Source: Chrysomallon squamiferum (Eukaryota; Animalia; Mollusca). Taken from it: a stretch of DNA of 64,000 nucleotides. Location: the NCBI GenBank assembly GCA_012295275.1, contig CM022675.1, positions 2,790,001-2,854,000 on the forward strand, given 5' to 3'. The notes below the pieces were generated by a model. The model did not search any database. It was not told where the DNA came from and was given only the letters and a program-made list of their open reading frames with translations. Below are positions 12,170-26,859 of the stretch, in pieces. Both the position numbers and the translations under genes were made by a program. The stretch's first letter is position 1. Every line of letters starts with the position of its first letter.

Positions 12170-15100
12170 ACTAACATTCACTCACATCGTTTGTGTTGAC
12201 ATTGGTCACCATAGAAACCGGATGAACAATAACACGCCTTTTCTCCATTTTTGTTGTAACAGATGCCGTCATTGTCGCAGGAATCATTTATTTTAGAACA
12301 CGGTGGTTGTCCACTTGCACCTCAAATGATGATGATGATGATAATAACGATGATGACTGTGATGATGATGATGTTGTAGTTGTAATACTAATAGCTTCTC
12401 ATAGCGAAGTAATAGCATAATGACGGAAAAGAAGAAAACAGAAACAAAGAAAAACAAATACAAAATTACAGCAGCAGAATATGATGAACGTGACGTCAAA
12501 AACATAAGGAATAAAAATTAATAAAACTACAGCCTATAGAGAGAAATTATATAATTATAAAGAAAAACAAAACAAAAACAACAAGTAAATTAATTAATAA
12601 AATAAAATAAATAAAACAGGAGAAAAAGAAGATTACTTTCATTAAAACCGCAGTCGTAGCCGCTGTAGTTGTCACCTTCACAGTCGCAAAAGCCGTCTTC
12701 AAGACAGTCTTTGTTGTAAGCGCAGTCCTGCCCGTCTCGATGACAGTGAAAGTAGAAATCTGAGTATTACAGAGTAATGTGAACATCTTACAGTTATAAG
12801 ATACCAGTCTGAACACATTACAGTTATAACATACCAGTCTGAACATCTTACAGTTAAAACACACCAGTCTGAACATAGAGAGTAATGTGAACATCTTACA
12901 GTTATAACATACCAGTCTGAACATAGAGAGTAATGCGAACATCTTACAGTTATAACACACCAGTCTGAACATCTTACAGTTATAACATACCAGTCTGAAC
13001 ATCTTACAGTTATAACATACCAGTCTGAACATCTTACAGTTATAACACACCAGTGTGAACATCATACAGTTATAACACACCAGTGTGAACATCTTACAGT
13101 TATAACACACCAGTCTGAACATCTTACAGTTATAACACACCAGTCTGAACATCATACAGTTATAACACACCAGTGTGAACATCTTACAGTTATAACATAC
13201 CAGTCTGAACATCTTACAGTTATAACACACCAGTCTGAACATCATACAGTTATAACACACCAGTGTGAACATCTTACAGTTATAACACACCAGTCTGAAC
13301 AGAGAGAGTAATGTGAACATCTTACAGTTATAAGATACCAGTCTGAACATCATACAGTTATAACATACCAGTCTGAACACATTACAGTTATAACATACCA
13401 GTGTGAACATCTTACAGTTAAAACACACCAGTCTGAACATAGAGAGTAATGTGAACATCTTACAGTTATAACATACCAGTCTGAACATAGAGAGTAATGC
13501 GAACATCTTACAGTTATAACACACCAGTCTGAATATCCTACAGTTATAACAGACCAGTCTGAACATCATACAGTTATAACACACCAGTCTGAACATCTTA
13601 CAGTTATAACACACCAGTCTGAACATCATACAGTTATAACACACCAGTCTGAACATCTTACAGTTATAACATACCAGTCTGAACATCTTACAGTTATAAC
13701 ATACCAGTCTGAACATCTTACAGTTATAACACACCAGTCTGAACATCATACAGTTATAACACACCAGTGTGAACATCTTACAGTTATAACACACCAGTCT
13801 GAACAGAGAGAGTAATGTGAACATCTTACAGTTATAACACACCAGTCTGAACATCATACAGTTATAACACACCAGTGTGAACATCTTACAGTTATAACAC
13901 ACCAGTGTGAACATCTTACAGTTATAACACACCAGTCTGAACAGAGAGAGTAATGTGAACATCTTACAGTTATAACATACCAGTCTGAACACAGAGAGTA
14001 ATGTGAACATCTTACAGTTATAACACACCAGTCTGAACATCATACAGTTATAACACACCAGTGTGAACATCTTACAGTTATAACACACCAGTCTGAACAG
14101 AGAGAGTAATGTGAACATCTTACAGTTATAACACACCAGTCTGAATATCCTACAGTTATAACATACCAGTCTGAATATCCTACAGTTATAATATACCAGT
14201 CTGAACATAGAGAGTAATGTGAACATCTTACAGTTATAACACACCAGTCTGAACATCTTACAGTTATAACATACCAGTCTGAACATAGAGAGTAATGTGA
14301 ACATCTTACAGTTATAACACACCAGTCTGAACATCTTACAGTTATAACATACCAGTCTGAACATCTTACAGTTATAACACACCAGTCTGAACATAGAGAG
14401 TAATGTGAACATCTTACAGTTATAACATACCAGTGTGAACATAGAGAGTAATGTGAACATCTTACAGTTATAACACACCAGTCTGAACATCTTACAGTTA
14501 TAACATACCAGTCTGAACATCTTACAGTTATAACATACCAGTCTGAACATCTTACAGTTATAACACACCAGTCTGAACATCTTACAGTTATAACACACCA
14601 GTCTGAACATCATACAGTTATAACACACCAGTCTGAACATCTTACAGTTATAACACACCAGTCTGAACATAGAGAGTAATGTGAACATCTTACAGTTATA
14701 ATCTGAAAATATTCACTTATAATAGCGTTCTGATTATTACAGACATAAAGTAATGTGAACATTTTAGAATTATAATAATTATCCAAAAATACCAGACTGA
14801 ATAAGTTAAAGTTATAATGGGAGTCATGATATGATACGGTTATAACAGTATCCCAAATGTAACAGCAATATCAACATAATAATGTTATAATAGTAATGTG
14901 TTTTTTTTTAATTTTTTGTACGACAGTTAAAACTTGTTTGAGAATATCACAAATGAAATAACAGTTTGATTAAATTACAGTTAGAATACCAGTTGAACAT
15001 CTCACAAATATAATAATAGTTTGATCACAAATATAATAATAGTTTGATCACAAATATAATAATAGTTTGATCACAAATATAATAATAGTTTGATCACAAA

Positions 15101-15451
15101 TTTAATAATAGTTTGATCACACTACTAAAATTCTTGTTGAACGTCGTAAATAGAATAAGAGTTTATTTCATCACACAGTTAACTTACTAGCTGAATACAG
15201 TTAACTTACCAGCTGAATACAGTTAACTTACCAGCTGAATACAGTTAACTTACTAGCTGAATACAGTTAACTTACTAGCTGAATACAGTTAACTTACCAG
15301 CTGAATACAGTTAGCTTACTAGCTGAATACAGTTGAGTCTAGCACGTCAGTGACTGTGAAAGTTGTGTTACTTACGTTCTGAGTTGGAAATGTCGAGAAA
15401 CTGGACGGCAAACAAAATCAGACGGATCCAAGAAAAGACACAGGAAGCCAT
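8502..15451 (-). CDS. Secreted EGF-like and zona pellucida (ZP) domain protein, paralog A (about 384 aa; EGF-ZP / EGF-like domain-containing shell-matrix-type protein)
   Basis: Nine exons in transcript order: 15451-15376 (signal peptide [24 protein letters not shown]), 12759-12637 (EGF-like [32 protein letters not shown]), 12320-12186 ([30 protein letters not shown]), 11781-11597 and 10951-10812 ([15 protein letters not shown]...DCGG...VLIQFN...VTC), 10373-10213, 10068-9990 and 9506-9338 (ZP-C), 8588-8502 ([13 protein letters not shown]...stop). Total 1155 nt, open frame, all GT-AG. The last exon end is less certain. Confidence 0.87.
11330..11592. repeat. Minisatellite, 24-bp unit GATAAAGTGTCTGATGGACAGGTA
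   Basis: Starts a few bp inside the intron after the minus-strand donor at 11596 and decays with distance. Confidence 0.85.
12766..14705. repeat. Minisatellite, 30-bp unit CAGTCTGAACATCTTACAGTTATAACACAC with an 18-bp insertion variant
   Basis: About 55-60 copies abutting the minus-strand acceptor at 12760-12761. Source of the 713-aa spurious ORF. Confidence 0.95.
15000..15335. repeat. Two short minisatellites: 23-bp (ATCACAAATATAATAATAGTTTG, 15000-15120) and 22-bp (CAGTTAACTTACTAGCTGAATA, 15175-15335)
   Basis: Direct tandem copies in intron 1 of EGF-ZP paralog A. Confidence 0.9.
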
Positions 15452-15839
15452 TATCTGAACTTGTATTTAAAATGAATAGCTGTTGAATTATTTATCAGTT
15501 AGAAATGAATAGTTGTTTTATTATGTTTCCTGGATAAATATCACTTCTTTTACTTTTTTTTTTCTTACCTTTTTTTTTTTTTTTCTGCGATATATATATA
15601 ATTTTTTTTTTTTTTCCTCATTTATACGATGTAAAATCATTATTATTTTCAGTGTGTTTCAGTTTGCACTGTCAGATAAAAGAAACGGTTGTGGAAATAG
15701 TCAAGGCTTTGATTGCGTCCACTGACAGATTGTAAAGCTGTGCACCCCTCTCCGAGTGAGAAGTAGAAGTAGAAAGTGTTTGTAAGGTACACTGTCTCAT
15801 TTACTCAATGTTATCACCGCTCTGTGTACATAACAGAGG

Positions 15840-17430
15840 CATTTGAAAGAAAAGCGAACCTCTGTACATTGAAATGGGGCATAAAGATTTCTCTTTCGAA
15901 AACGACATGCCTCCTTTTCAACAAGATCACACTAAACATCGACCACAACGTCATAACACAAACCAAAACATTCAGATTTCGACAGCCAACTCAACTTCCG
16001 ATGCCACATACACAACATAATTGCATCCTGCAAAAAAACACTCAATCTTCTAAAGCTAATTTCCGGAACCAGTTGGGAAGCAAACAAGTCAAGGCTAATT
16101 TTGATATACAAAGCGTGTATTCTCTCCATGCTCGACTATGGAGCCACGGCTTACTTGAATGCTCCCAAACTCTCTTTAAAAAAACTAGATGTAATTCAAT
16201 CCAGCCACCTGCCAAACACAACACCATCCGACAGCCTCCTGTCAGAATATAGCATCCAACCACTGAAATACAGAAGAAAGCTGCAGTTACTAAAATACAG
16301 CCTGAAAATACACACACTCAACACAGACCACCCGGTCAAGGATCTGGTCCCCGACCAACAAAGGATACGACAACTCTTTAAATTGCATAGTCTACTACTA
16401 TCGAATTTCCCGACAACAGCTAGCGAAATCGCAAGGGAAACAGGAATAGGGGAAATGCCACTGCCGGCATACCACAAAGAAACTAAACCAGCAATAAACA
16501 CACCTTTCCTGATCAAAACAGAAACAGACAAAACAGAGTTACCACCCTTCAAAAAAGCCATATTTCTAGCAGCAGCAAACGACCACTACAAACAACACAC
16601 GCACATCTACACCGATGGATAAAAAAAACCCAGACAACGGGAGAGTAGGATTCGCCTTCATAGCCCAAGATCACACAAACAAACCCACATGCATACAATT
16701 CAGCCGCATCAGAAATCACCTTTCGGTGTATACGGCCGAATTGGTAGCCATCATCAGAGCCATGCTGTGGGTAAAACACAACAACAATACAACACGGACA
16801 TTCCAGCAGACGAGACCTGCTCGGCAAAATACAACAACTACACGAGGAAATACAACACAACAAGAAAGAACTAACCATCGAGTGGCTGTCAGCACACGTC
16901 AGCATCATCGGCAACGAACTTGCCGAACATTACGCCAAAGAGTCACTCAGCATTAAAGACAAAGACATATGCACCGACATACACTACGGAACAAACGAAA
17001 TTCTGTCCATCGCAACCAAATATTACGACAAACAAACTACACAAACAAACTACACAACACCAAAAACAAATGGCACTTGAACATCAAACCACTCACCAAA
17101 ACACCCAAAATTACACTCGCCAACAAACTACACAACAACAATCTCACCAAAGTCAGAACTAGTTACTCGACCAATTTAAATGCAATCAGATTCAAATATC
17201 ACCACATCACCCAACTGCAACTGTGGACTTTCAGAAACAATGAAACACTACTTGTTTCACTGTCAGAATTTCGCCAAGGAAAGACAAGCACTGCGAAATA
17301 CACTGGAGGAACTAACAATCGAGTTCACACTCAAAAAGATCTTGGCGCCAAACACGAAAGACAGAGAGTTAGTCCTTGCTGCAGTAACAACATACATTCT
17401 GAACACAAAACACAAACTTTAGACTCTTGG
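15840..17430 (+). mobile_element. Degenerate 5'-truncated non-LTR retrotransposon (I-group-like LINE): RT C-terminus, RNase H, terminal Cys/His motif
   Basis: Frameshifted fragments: KWGIKISLSKTTCLLF, then WG...LIYKACILSMLDYGATAY (RT thumb region). RNase H motifs HIYTDG, GRVGFAF, SVYTAELVAIIRAMLWV and IEWLSAHVSIIGNELAEHYAK. C-terminal CNCGLSETMKHYLFHC. Strong A/C skew, multiple frameshifts and deletions. Confidence 0.85.
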
Positions 17431-18414
17431 AGTTGAAAGTTTGAATTTTTTTTTTTTTTTTTTTTTTTTCATGACACAAAAACAAACAACAATCGAATGA
17501 ATTTATTGACTTACAGATTGGTTGGTTGAACAGCTGATAGATCTACGGATGGATCGGCTGACTGACGAATCAATTTGAATAGCCAATTAAATTAATAATT
17601 AAAAAAAAAAAACTATACGTACTATACGTACTTACATTCAGACCATATTAACCCGGTTATTTTATTTTATTTTTTTTATTTTTTTTTTATTTTTAAATGT
17701 ACATAATAAATGTAAATAAGTTAACAACGTTCATGTTCTTATTCTTTTTAGTTACAGGTGTTTATAGGATCTTTTAAATCAATAAAAAGACCATTGGCAA
17801 AAACAAAACAAAAAAAGTTTGGAATTGTTGGACCAGAGGGAAACAGCCAAAAAGAAGAATGAAACGTCAACAGCAGCCGAGAAGAGAACAAACAAACAGA
17901 ACCCAACCAACACAGACCCGGTGATGACTTGGAGAGCTTCAACAAGCCAGACAACTGCCAGAAAAATCGAAACATCGGAACCGTCTCGTTACGATCCGAT
18001 GTGCTGGACACTCCCTTGTGTCCTGCAATCATAACGAGAACCCACTCTCTTTCCTTACCCAAAACTCTTTTCTGCGACGGACACGCCCGCTGACCTGTCA
18101 CAAAGTGTGCCCGTCGTAGACGTGCTTCACAACAGCTTGCTCTGATTAGCACGTTAGTTTTTTTCACTTCACTCTGTGCGTCCTTCTGTTTATTCAACGC
18201 CGTAATCGAATTTTACGTCAAAGCTGTCAGCTTAACAAGGCTTTTCACAAAGCCTGAAGGAGTCGTACTCTGACGTGTCAAGGCCATTTACCCTTTTAAC
18301 AACTACCGGCCTGATTCTATCGGGTTTCAGTCTCATTTCACTACTTAAGGTAATGTTGGTAATATTGCACCATGCAACTTTTACGTTAACTTTTGACGCA
18401 TTTGACTGTTAGTA

Positions 18415-18529
<115 letters not shown>

Positions 18530-18579
18530 GTATTTCTGTGTGTCTATATCAAACTAATGTTCACCTGATATTTTTTTTG

Positions 18580-18616
<37 letters not shown>

Positions 18617-18757
18617 AAGAAAGAAAAGAAAAGAAAATAATAATAATAATAACAAACCAAAAAGTAATAATTGAGTTGCTGTTTTATTTCGCAGGAAATC
18701 ACATTACATGCTGGTGGAATTCTGTCAGAATCGGCCTGTGAAAGTTCCTACAGAAAC

Positions 18758-18894
18758 TCAGCTCAGCTCTGTGTTCTTTTGGGCAACTGAAAAATTTCAG
18801 TAGCGTGAATATGATTAATAGAGTATCAGGTTCGATTTTTATTATTATTAATATATAACTCATAAACTTTTTTCTTTTTTCATTATTATTATTG

Positions 18895-18931
<37 letters not shown>

Positions 18932-19372
18932 ATATATATATATAGCGTAGACTCTGCGCATGTTGTTTTGGTCAGAGACGTATTACTTGCCTTTTGTGTT
19001 TTGAACGTTGTTGTCACTGTCTCAGCCTGCAGTTGTGGACTTCGCTTTCGTCTTTTGCCTGAACACTGACTGTTATTCTGTACATTTTAACGACAAGTTG
19101 TTAGTATGCAATAAGACGTTAATAGTATTAATTAATAATTTAAAAAAATAATTTACTAAAAGTTTAAATTGTTTTACCTAGCTAAAAGATATATCAAACA
19201 TTCTTGTTTGTCTACTTATTTCTCTACATTATCATGTATCAATATGCCTGTCTACAAACACTGACATATACCAACCAACCTGTCTGGCGTTGTATCAACA
19301 TAACTTTCTGCCCACTTGTTTCTCTACATAACTTATTTGTCTGCATTCATACCTCCATATCTATCACTGTAG

Positions 19373-19448
<76 letters not shown>

Positions 19449-19763
19449 ATATATATATATATAAGCTATAACGGCGTCTGTCTATGAACTTAACGTACAT
19501 CCCTGGCTATCGCTGGTGTCTCAGTTCATTATTTAAGTGGTGACCAAATCACTGCAGTAATGTATAAACTATAACGTACAAATTCGCAGAATGGTTCTTT
19601 TCCCTTCGGACACAGCTTAACAACACACGACACAGTGATTTCCTCGCCACTGAGCACAAAAGATTTCATCTCAAAGCTGACTGTGCTGTTTGCCCCGTTT
19701 GAAGGTGTCTTCAGAAAGAGTTTCTTAACGTCATCTACTGGACAACTGAAATAAACAACAAAC

Positions 19764-19803
<40 letters not shown>

Positions 19804-21116
19804 GTTATAATAATAATAATAATAAAAGTTATAGTAATAATAATAATAAAAGTTATAGTAATAATAATAATCATAATCATAATCATAATAATAATGATGA
19901 TTTAAAAGTTGTATAGTGTTTCTATTATTATTTGACTTGTATTTCTTACCTGTTTTCAAACAGAGATAATTCTGTACTGTTACCGCTTCCTGCATGGCAC
20001 GACTCTATTCTAATAGCCGGAACTGGAACAGTTTACAACATTATTACTTTACATATCTCATATCTATCTTTAAACACTTTTACTATTATTATTATTGTTA
20101 TTATTACTATTATTATTATTATTATTATTAATATTATTATTATTATTATTATTATCATTATTATTATTATGATTATTATATCCATGAAACGCACCACTCT
20201 GTGGTGTATGGCTGCTATATACGTATTACTACATTTGATAAAGGAGGCAAAATAAAAATAAACATTACATGAGTCAGATATTTTTACTGTCCGGGTTTTA
20301 TTCTGAATACTATTTGACTACAGAAACTATTAACAAATATACATACTGAAGTACAGACATGTAAACACATTCGCACACACAACATTTAGATATAAAAATA
20401 AATAAATAATGATAAAACATTTTCGTTTAGGTAGTGCATTCTCTTCAGATGTGTGCTATACATTTTCTCAATATTCTCAGTTGACACTACTACTCATTTC
20501 TAGAAAAGTTCAGCTAAATCTTTGGGGTTTTTTTTACTAATAAAATCTTCTATTTGATAGGTTTAAAATAGAAAATATATCTACATATTATCTTATGGTA
20601 GTGGCAGTAATAATAACAACAGGAATAATACTAATTATAGTAGTAGATATCAGCAATTATTTCTGGCATGTAGCAATGTAAATGTACCATATTAATAATG
20701 TTTGCACTAGCAGAGTAGCAGTGTAGTGGTAGTAGTAGTAGTAGTAGTAGTAGTAATAGTAGTATTTGTTGTTGTTGTTGTTGTTGTAGCAGTAACATGA
20801 GTAATAGTTAAACTAGTTATAGTAATAGTGAGAATATGCGTTGTTTTATTGCTAGCAGAAAAGTACCGAAGGCATCAGTAAAAGCAGGGCAAGCAGTATA
20901 AAAATAAATACCAGAACTGGACGATATGACAAACTCCAGTTTGTCTTGCAGTCGCACCACAGTGGACTCGTCTGCGACTTTTCCGTTCACGTTGACGGCG
21001 AATGACACGTCGGACGAGTCAAACGTAGGCACGTTGTCCACCGACGTGTCTACCAAGGGTCTTCAGAAAATAAACGTATTACTGACTACCTTTTTCATTC
21101 GCTTTCCTAATGTCAC

Positions 21117-21152
<36 letters not shown>

Positions 21153-23298
21153 TATTATTATTATTATTAGTTGTTGTTGTTATTGTTGTTGACGTTGTTG
21201 TTGCATTATTGTTGTTATTCTTTTTTTCTTATTTTTATAGTTGTTCTTGTGTTGTCCTTGTTGTTGTTGTTATTATTATTAGTAGTAGTAGTAGTATTAA
21301 CATTATTATTATGATCTTACTTGGAGTCTGCTTTAGCTGAAATTTCTTCGATTATTGTGTTTGTTCCTTCAGTACATGAAATCTTTAGCTTCACGTCACT
21401 TGCAGTAAGGAATTTTGAGTTGAATTGTATAGTGATGTATCGAGTTATTACCGACCCATCCTTCATAAATTAATAATAATAATAATAACAACAACAACAA
21501 TAATAAATATAAATAAATATAAATATAATAAAAGTAAACAAAGAAAAAGCATAATTTTAACTATATATATATATATAACACCAATGATATAACAGTATCA
21601 AACATCAATGATAAATCAATATTATACACCAATGATAAATAAATATCAAACGCCAGTGATAAATCAATATCAAACACCAGTGATAAATCAATATCAAACA
21701 CCAATGATGAATCAATATCAAACACCAATGATAAATCAATATCAAACACTAGTGATAAATCAATATCAAACAACAGTTATAAATCAATATCAAACAACAG
21801 TTATAAATCAATATCAAACAACAGTTATAAATCAGTATCAAACACCAATGATAAATCAGTATCAAACACTAGTGATAAATCAATATCAAACAACAGTTAT
21901 AAATCAATATCAAACAACAGTTATAAATCAATATCAAACAACAGTTATAAATCAATATCAAACACCAATGATAAATCAGTATCAAACACTAGTGATAAAT
22001 CAATATCAAACAACAGTTATAAATCAATATCAAACAACAGTTATAAATCAGTATCAAACACTAGTGATAAATCAATATCAAACACCAGTTATAAATCAGT
22101 ATCAAACACTAGTGATAAATCAATATCAAACACTAGTGATAAATCAATATCAAACACCAGTTATAAATCAGTATCAAACACCAATGATAAATCAGTATCA
22201 AACACCAATGATGAATCAATATCAAACACCAGTGATAAATCAATATCAAACACTAGCGATAAATCAATATCAAACACCAGTTATAAATCAGTATCAAACA
22301 CTAGTGATAAATCAATATCAAACACCTTAGAAAAACTGAATAAAATAAAAAGACAAATAGGAAGCACTGGAACAAAGATGTGTGAAGTTGTTTGTATATA
22401 AATTAGATTTGTTTGCTGTGAAAACCTGGCTTTCCTTTACTCCCCCGCAGTACGTTTTGATCAGTGTGGCTTCTTCTCCAGAAAACAGCCGACAGTCTTC
22501 ATTGCCATTCACGTAAATCATGCCTTGAAAAGTACCTTCAGGTTTAATTTTAACCATCATAGATCCACTTTCAAAGCCATCACATGCTACCTGATCTGCA
22601 AATACAACTCTTTGTTTACTCCAGTTTTATACATACTAACACATACATTCTGTATTACACTTACAGACACATGTTCGTATTTCTGTGTATCTGAGTATGT
22701 ATGTATGTATGTGTATGTGTGTATATGTATGTATATATGTGTGTGTGTATGTGTGTGTGTGTGTGTACATATAAAGAAAGAAAGAAAAGAAATAAAGCGG
22801 AATCGTACACTACGCAGCTAAGAACAGACAGACAGACAGACAGACAGACATACAGACAGACAATACAGACGCTCAAGGAACTCGCAGCTATGTAAGCTGT
22901 TTCGTGAACTCGTGTTTAACTACATTTCTTCAGTTCGCTGTATGAACTCACATCGCTCTTGGTCGCACTGGCGGCCGTAGTGGCTGGCGTCGCAGTAACA
23001 CGTCGGCTGGACGGTCTGGTTCAAACAGTTGCCATAGTGACAGCCCCCGCAGTAAGCGTCATCAATTACAAGTTCTGTGAACACGTGAAAATAACTTTAA
23101 TAGTAACACGAAAGAAAAGAAGAAGAAAAAGAGTGTCCAGAGTCAATATAACAGTATAAAACAACATAGAAATAATATTAAACATATTTGTCTGTCTGTC
23201 TGTCTGTCTGTCTGTATATCTGTCTGTCTGTATATCTATCTGTCTGTCTGTCTGTCTGTATATCTGTCTGTCTGTCTGTTTGTCTGTCTATCTATCTA

Positions 23299-23329
<31 letters not shown>

Positions 23330-24425
23330 GTGTGTCAATTTATCTATCTATCTCTATATCTATATATCTATATATCTATCTACCTGTCTATCTGTATCTG
23401 TCTATCTATCTCTCTTTCGATCTATCTATCTATTATCTGTCTATACCATCAAGTGTGTTTCTCACTTTCCTCGCTGTTTGATCGTCTGTGTTTAACTAAC
23501 AAATAAATCTCACTACTTGTACACGTCTCGACCACAAACCAAACTGCAGCAGGCAGCTGACAACACTAGCCCAGCTACCGCAGTCACAAACCAAACTGCA
23601 GCAGGCAGCTGACAACACTAGCCCAGCTACCGCAGTCACAAACCAAACTGCAGCAGGCTGCTGACAACACTAGCCCAGCTACCGCAGTCACAAACCAAAC
23701 TGCAGCAGGCAGCTGACAACACTAGCCCAGCTACCGCAGTCACAAACCAAACTGCAGCAGGCAGCTGTCTAGCCCAGCTACCGCAGTCACAAACCAAACT
23801 GCAGCAGGCAGCTATAGCCCAGCTACCGCAGTCACAAACCAAACTGCAGCAGGCAGCTGACAACACTAGCCCAGCTACCGCAGTCACAAACCATCAAACT
23901 GCAGCAAAGCAGCTGACAACTAGCCCAGCTACCGCAGTCACAAACCAAACTGCAGCAGGCTGCTGACAACATCAGCCCAGCTACCGCAGTCACAAACCAA
24001 ACTGCAGCAGGCTGCTGACAACATAGCCCAGCTACCGCAGTCACAAACCAAACTGCAGCAGGCAGCTGACAACACTAGCCCAGCTACCGCAGTCACAAAC
24101 CAAACTGCAGCAGGCTGCTGACAACACTAGCCCAGCTACCGCAGTCACAAACCAAACTGCAGCAGGCTGCTGACAACACTAGCCCAGCTACCGCAGTCAC
24201 AAACCAAACTGCAGCAGGCTGCTGACAACACCAGCCCAGCTACCGCAGTCACGCTTCTGTCAGATTTGTCCTATTTCATTTATAATGTTTATTTTTATTT
24301 TTATTTTTGGTTTTATTTTTTACTTTTTTGTGCAGTATTTTATTTTATTTATTTATTTACTTACTTATTTATTGATTGATTGATTGATTGATTTTCAGTT
24401 ATTTATTTATCTGTCTTATTATTAT

Positions 24426-24517
<92 letters not shown>

Positions 24518-24724
24518 CTATTTTTATATTTTTATTTCGTTCCTGTTTTATGCTGATTAAAATGATATTAAATTTGGTACGATATGTTGAAAAAACTACA
24601 CACTTGCATTTAAACCGCAGTCGTAGCCGATGTATCCTGTTGCACAATTACAATGTGATGATTTACACAAAGCTGCATTTTTACAGTCTTGGCCTTTTCT
24701 TTCACACGAAAAATAAGCTGAAAC

Positions 24725-24765
<41 letters not shown>

Positions 24766-24918
24766 GTAATAGAAATAAATAAATAAATAAATATAAGCAA
24801 ATTTTACACAACGTAATTTATAAGTTCTCAGAATATTGTACAGGAGTAAACAAATTATAGCGAATTTTGACGTAATTCTACAAATATCTTATTGTAGATG
24901 GTATAGAGACAGAAACAC

Positions 24919-24989
<71 letters not shown>

Positions 24990-25104
24990 TCATATGAGAC
25001 AGTGAAATGGTAGACATTCGATAGAAATATAGATACTCATATAAAATAGACAGATCTATTTGTTAGCAAAAAAACAGAGATTTATGCGAAGAGACTGATA
25101 TAGA

Positions 25105-25195
<91 letters not shown>

Positions 25196-25290
25196 AGAAG
25201 AATTTGATGAAAGTACTTACAGTCGTTCGTGTCTGTTGTCTGAACAACAAAGGATGTAAGCAGAACGTAGCTGAGAATAAACGAAATCAT
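18758..25290 (-). CDS. Secreted EGF-like and ZP domain protein, paralog B (about 374 aa)
   Basis: Exons: 25290-25221 (signal peptide MISFILSYVLLTSFVVQ), 24717-24604 (EGF CERKGQDCKNAALCKSSHCNCATGYIGYDC), 23074-22952 (EGF CGGCHYGNC...CYCDASHYGRQC), 22595-22426 and 21460-21321 (ZP-N), 21060-20912, 20022-19950 and 19745-19580 (ZP-C), 19077-18987 (QCSGKRRKRS furin site). Candidate terminal exon 18786-18758 (IAQKNTELS-stop) is tentative. Intron phases are identical to paralog A. Confidence 0.85.
21575..22326. repeat. Minisatellite, 24-bp unit ATAAATCAATATCAAACACCAGTG
   Basis: About 30 copies, the source of the INQYQTPV ORF. Confidence 0.95.
23533..24252. repeat. GC-rich minisatellite, 52-bp unit ACAAACCAAACTGCAGCAGGCAGCTGACAACACTAGCCCAGCTACCGCAGTC
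   Basis: About 14 near-identical copies with small indels in intron 2 of paralog B. Confidence 0.95.
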
Positions 25291-26859
25291 TTTGAGTGAT
25301 TTCAGAGACGTGTGGCTTGCAGTGTGCAGTCTCTTTAAATACATTCTCTTTAACTCGCGGTTATAGATCGAATGTCCGCTGTTATAGCACATTCAGTATA
25401 GAGTTTCATTTCAAGGTTTTCTCTGTTCAAAACTAAAACTACGTTCAGCCTTAGGAGTCAGAAAGTCAGCAATAAACTGAAATAATGAATTTTGTATTTT
25501 TCACGACTCTATGGCAGTTGTCATTAATTTAGTTTTGGTGAAATGATGCTTGAAGTCATTTGGTATCTTTTTATTGATCATTAAAGAAAAAATATAAACG
25601 AATCCTGACATACATGAACACTAGTACATTTTAACACTAGTACATTTTAACATTTTCTTACATTCTCGAACGTTAATATGTGATTTCCTACTCATGACCT
25701 CTAAACACTAGGCTGCACTAACCACTAGGCTAATTCCAAGCGATTACTAGTTAAGAGCACCATATCACAGACTGTGTAACAAATATATCAACATGAAACA
25801 CTTACTTGCAAACCAGCCAGCATTCTAACACGTCGAGTACCAAACAAGTATTTACAACAATAACACAACAACGCCAACAGTAACATCAACAACAATAATA
25901 ATATAAACAATAACAACAACAACAGCAATAATAACAACAACAACAATAACAATTGTACCAGCACAACTAGCGTACTAATATATCTATGACTAAACATGCC
26001 CTTTGACACAACAACAACTGAAATCTGTATACCAGTATATGATATGACTATATGTTAGAACTAAGTGTATATCAGAACGTATGATTGTCTGTTGATATTA
26101 GCTGTAAACCAGTATATTATAAATTATGACTATATGTTGATATTAAGTGTATATCAGAATACTCTATGACTGTTTGTTAATACATGTAAACCAGCATATT
26201 ATAAAATTATGACTATATATTATCTACTAAGTTTTATATATGTATGTATGTATGTATGTAAAATTATAGTACTGAATATTCTCTTTCTTGTGTATACTCT
26301 GCACGTGGAGAGTTTTCGGCAACGCACTAGTAGAGGAGGACAAGAGTCTGACGTTGGTGACCACCCAGACGACGATACCACTCGGCCACCACGACAGCCT
26401 TGAAAAAAGTAGCTAAATGTATTTTCTTTTCAAGTGTCTAGGGTAAATATTCCTGGTTTATGAAAAGTAACGAAACTGACGTCATCTATAAATAAGAATT
26501 AAAAAAAAAAAAAAAAAAACACAACAACGACCGCAGAAACAATAATAAATAAATAAATAAGAGCTTGATGTAAATAACATCCAGTTACATCCTTAAAGGA
26601 AAAAAATGTAATTAACTATTTTAATATCCTAACCAGCGAAACTCTATAAATAACTGATATCAGAAAATCGCGATTAATGTCTACAATAGTTTGTTGTGCT
26701 TAGGTGACGTATAGCACTTATAACTGTACCAGTCTGATGAATATAATTAATTATAATTATTAACCCTTATGGATTAATTAGTACTTTCTGCTAGTGCTTT
26801 CGGTTAATTCTGTTTTGGTTGATATCTGCTTTTGCCACTGTTTAGGTAGACCCTGCTAG

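Noticed and set aside
12547-14688. 713-aa Cys-rich ORF ([10 protein letters not shown])n resembling a repeated zinc-knuckle protein
   Set aside because: It is the translation of a 30-bp intronic minisatellite. It overlaps the true EGF exon 12637-12759 in a different frame.
21608-22330. 240-aa Gln/Asn-rich ORF (INQYQTPV)n
   Set aside because: A 24-bp minisatellite antisense within an intron of paralog B, with no splice or domain support.
23533-24252. 52-bp GC-rich repeat translating to CDCGS, looking like EGF-exon-derived copies
   Set aside because: Only a 9-bp match (ACCGCAGTC) to the EGF exon. The unit length is not a multiple of three and there are no splice sites.
26290-26410. Intact tRNA gene
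   Set aside because: Only an A-box-like 5' segment is present, with no T-arm/B box or acceptor-stem pairing.
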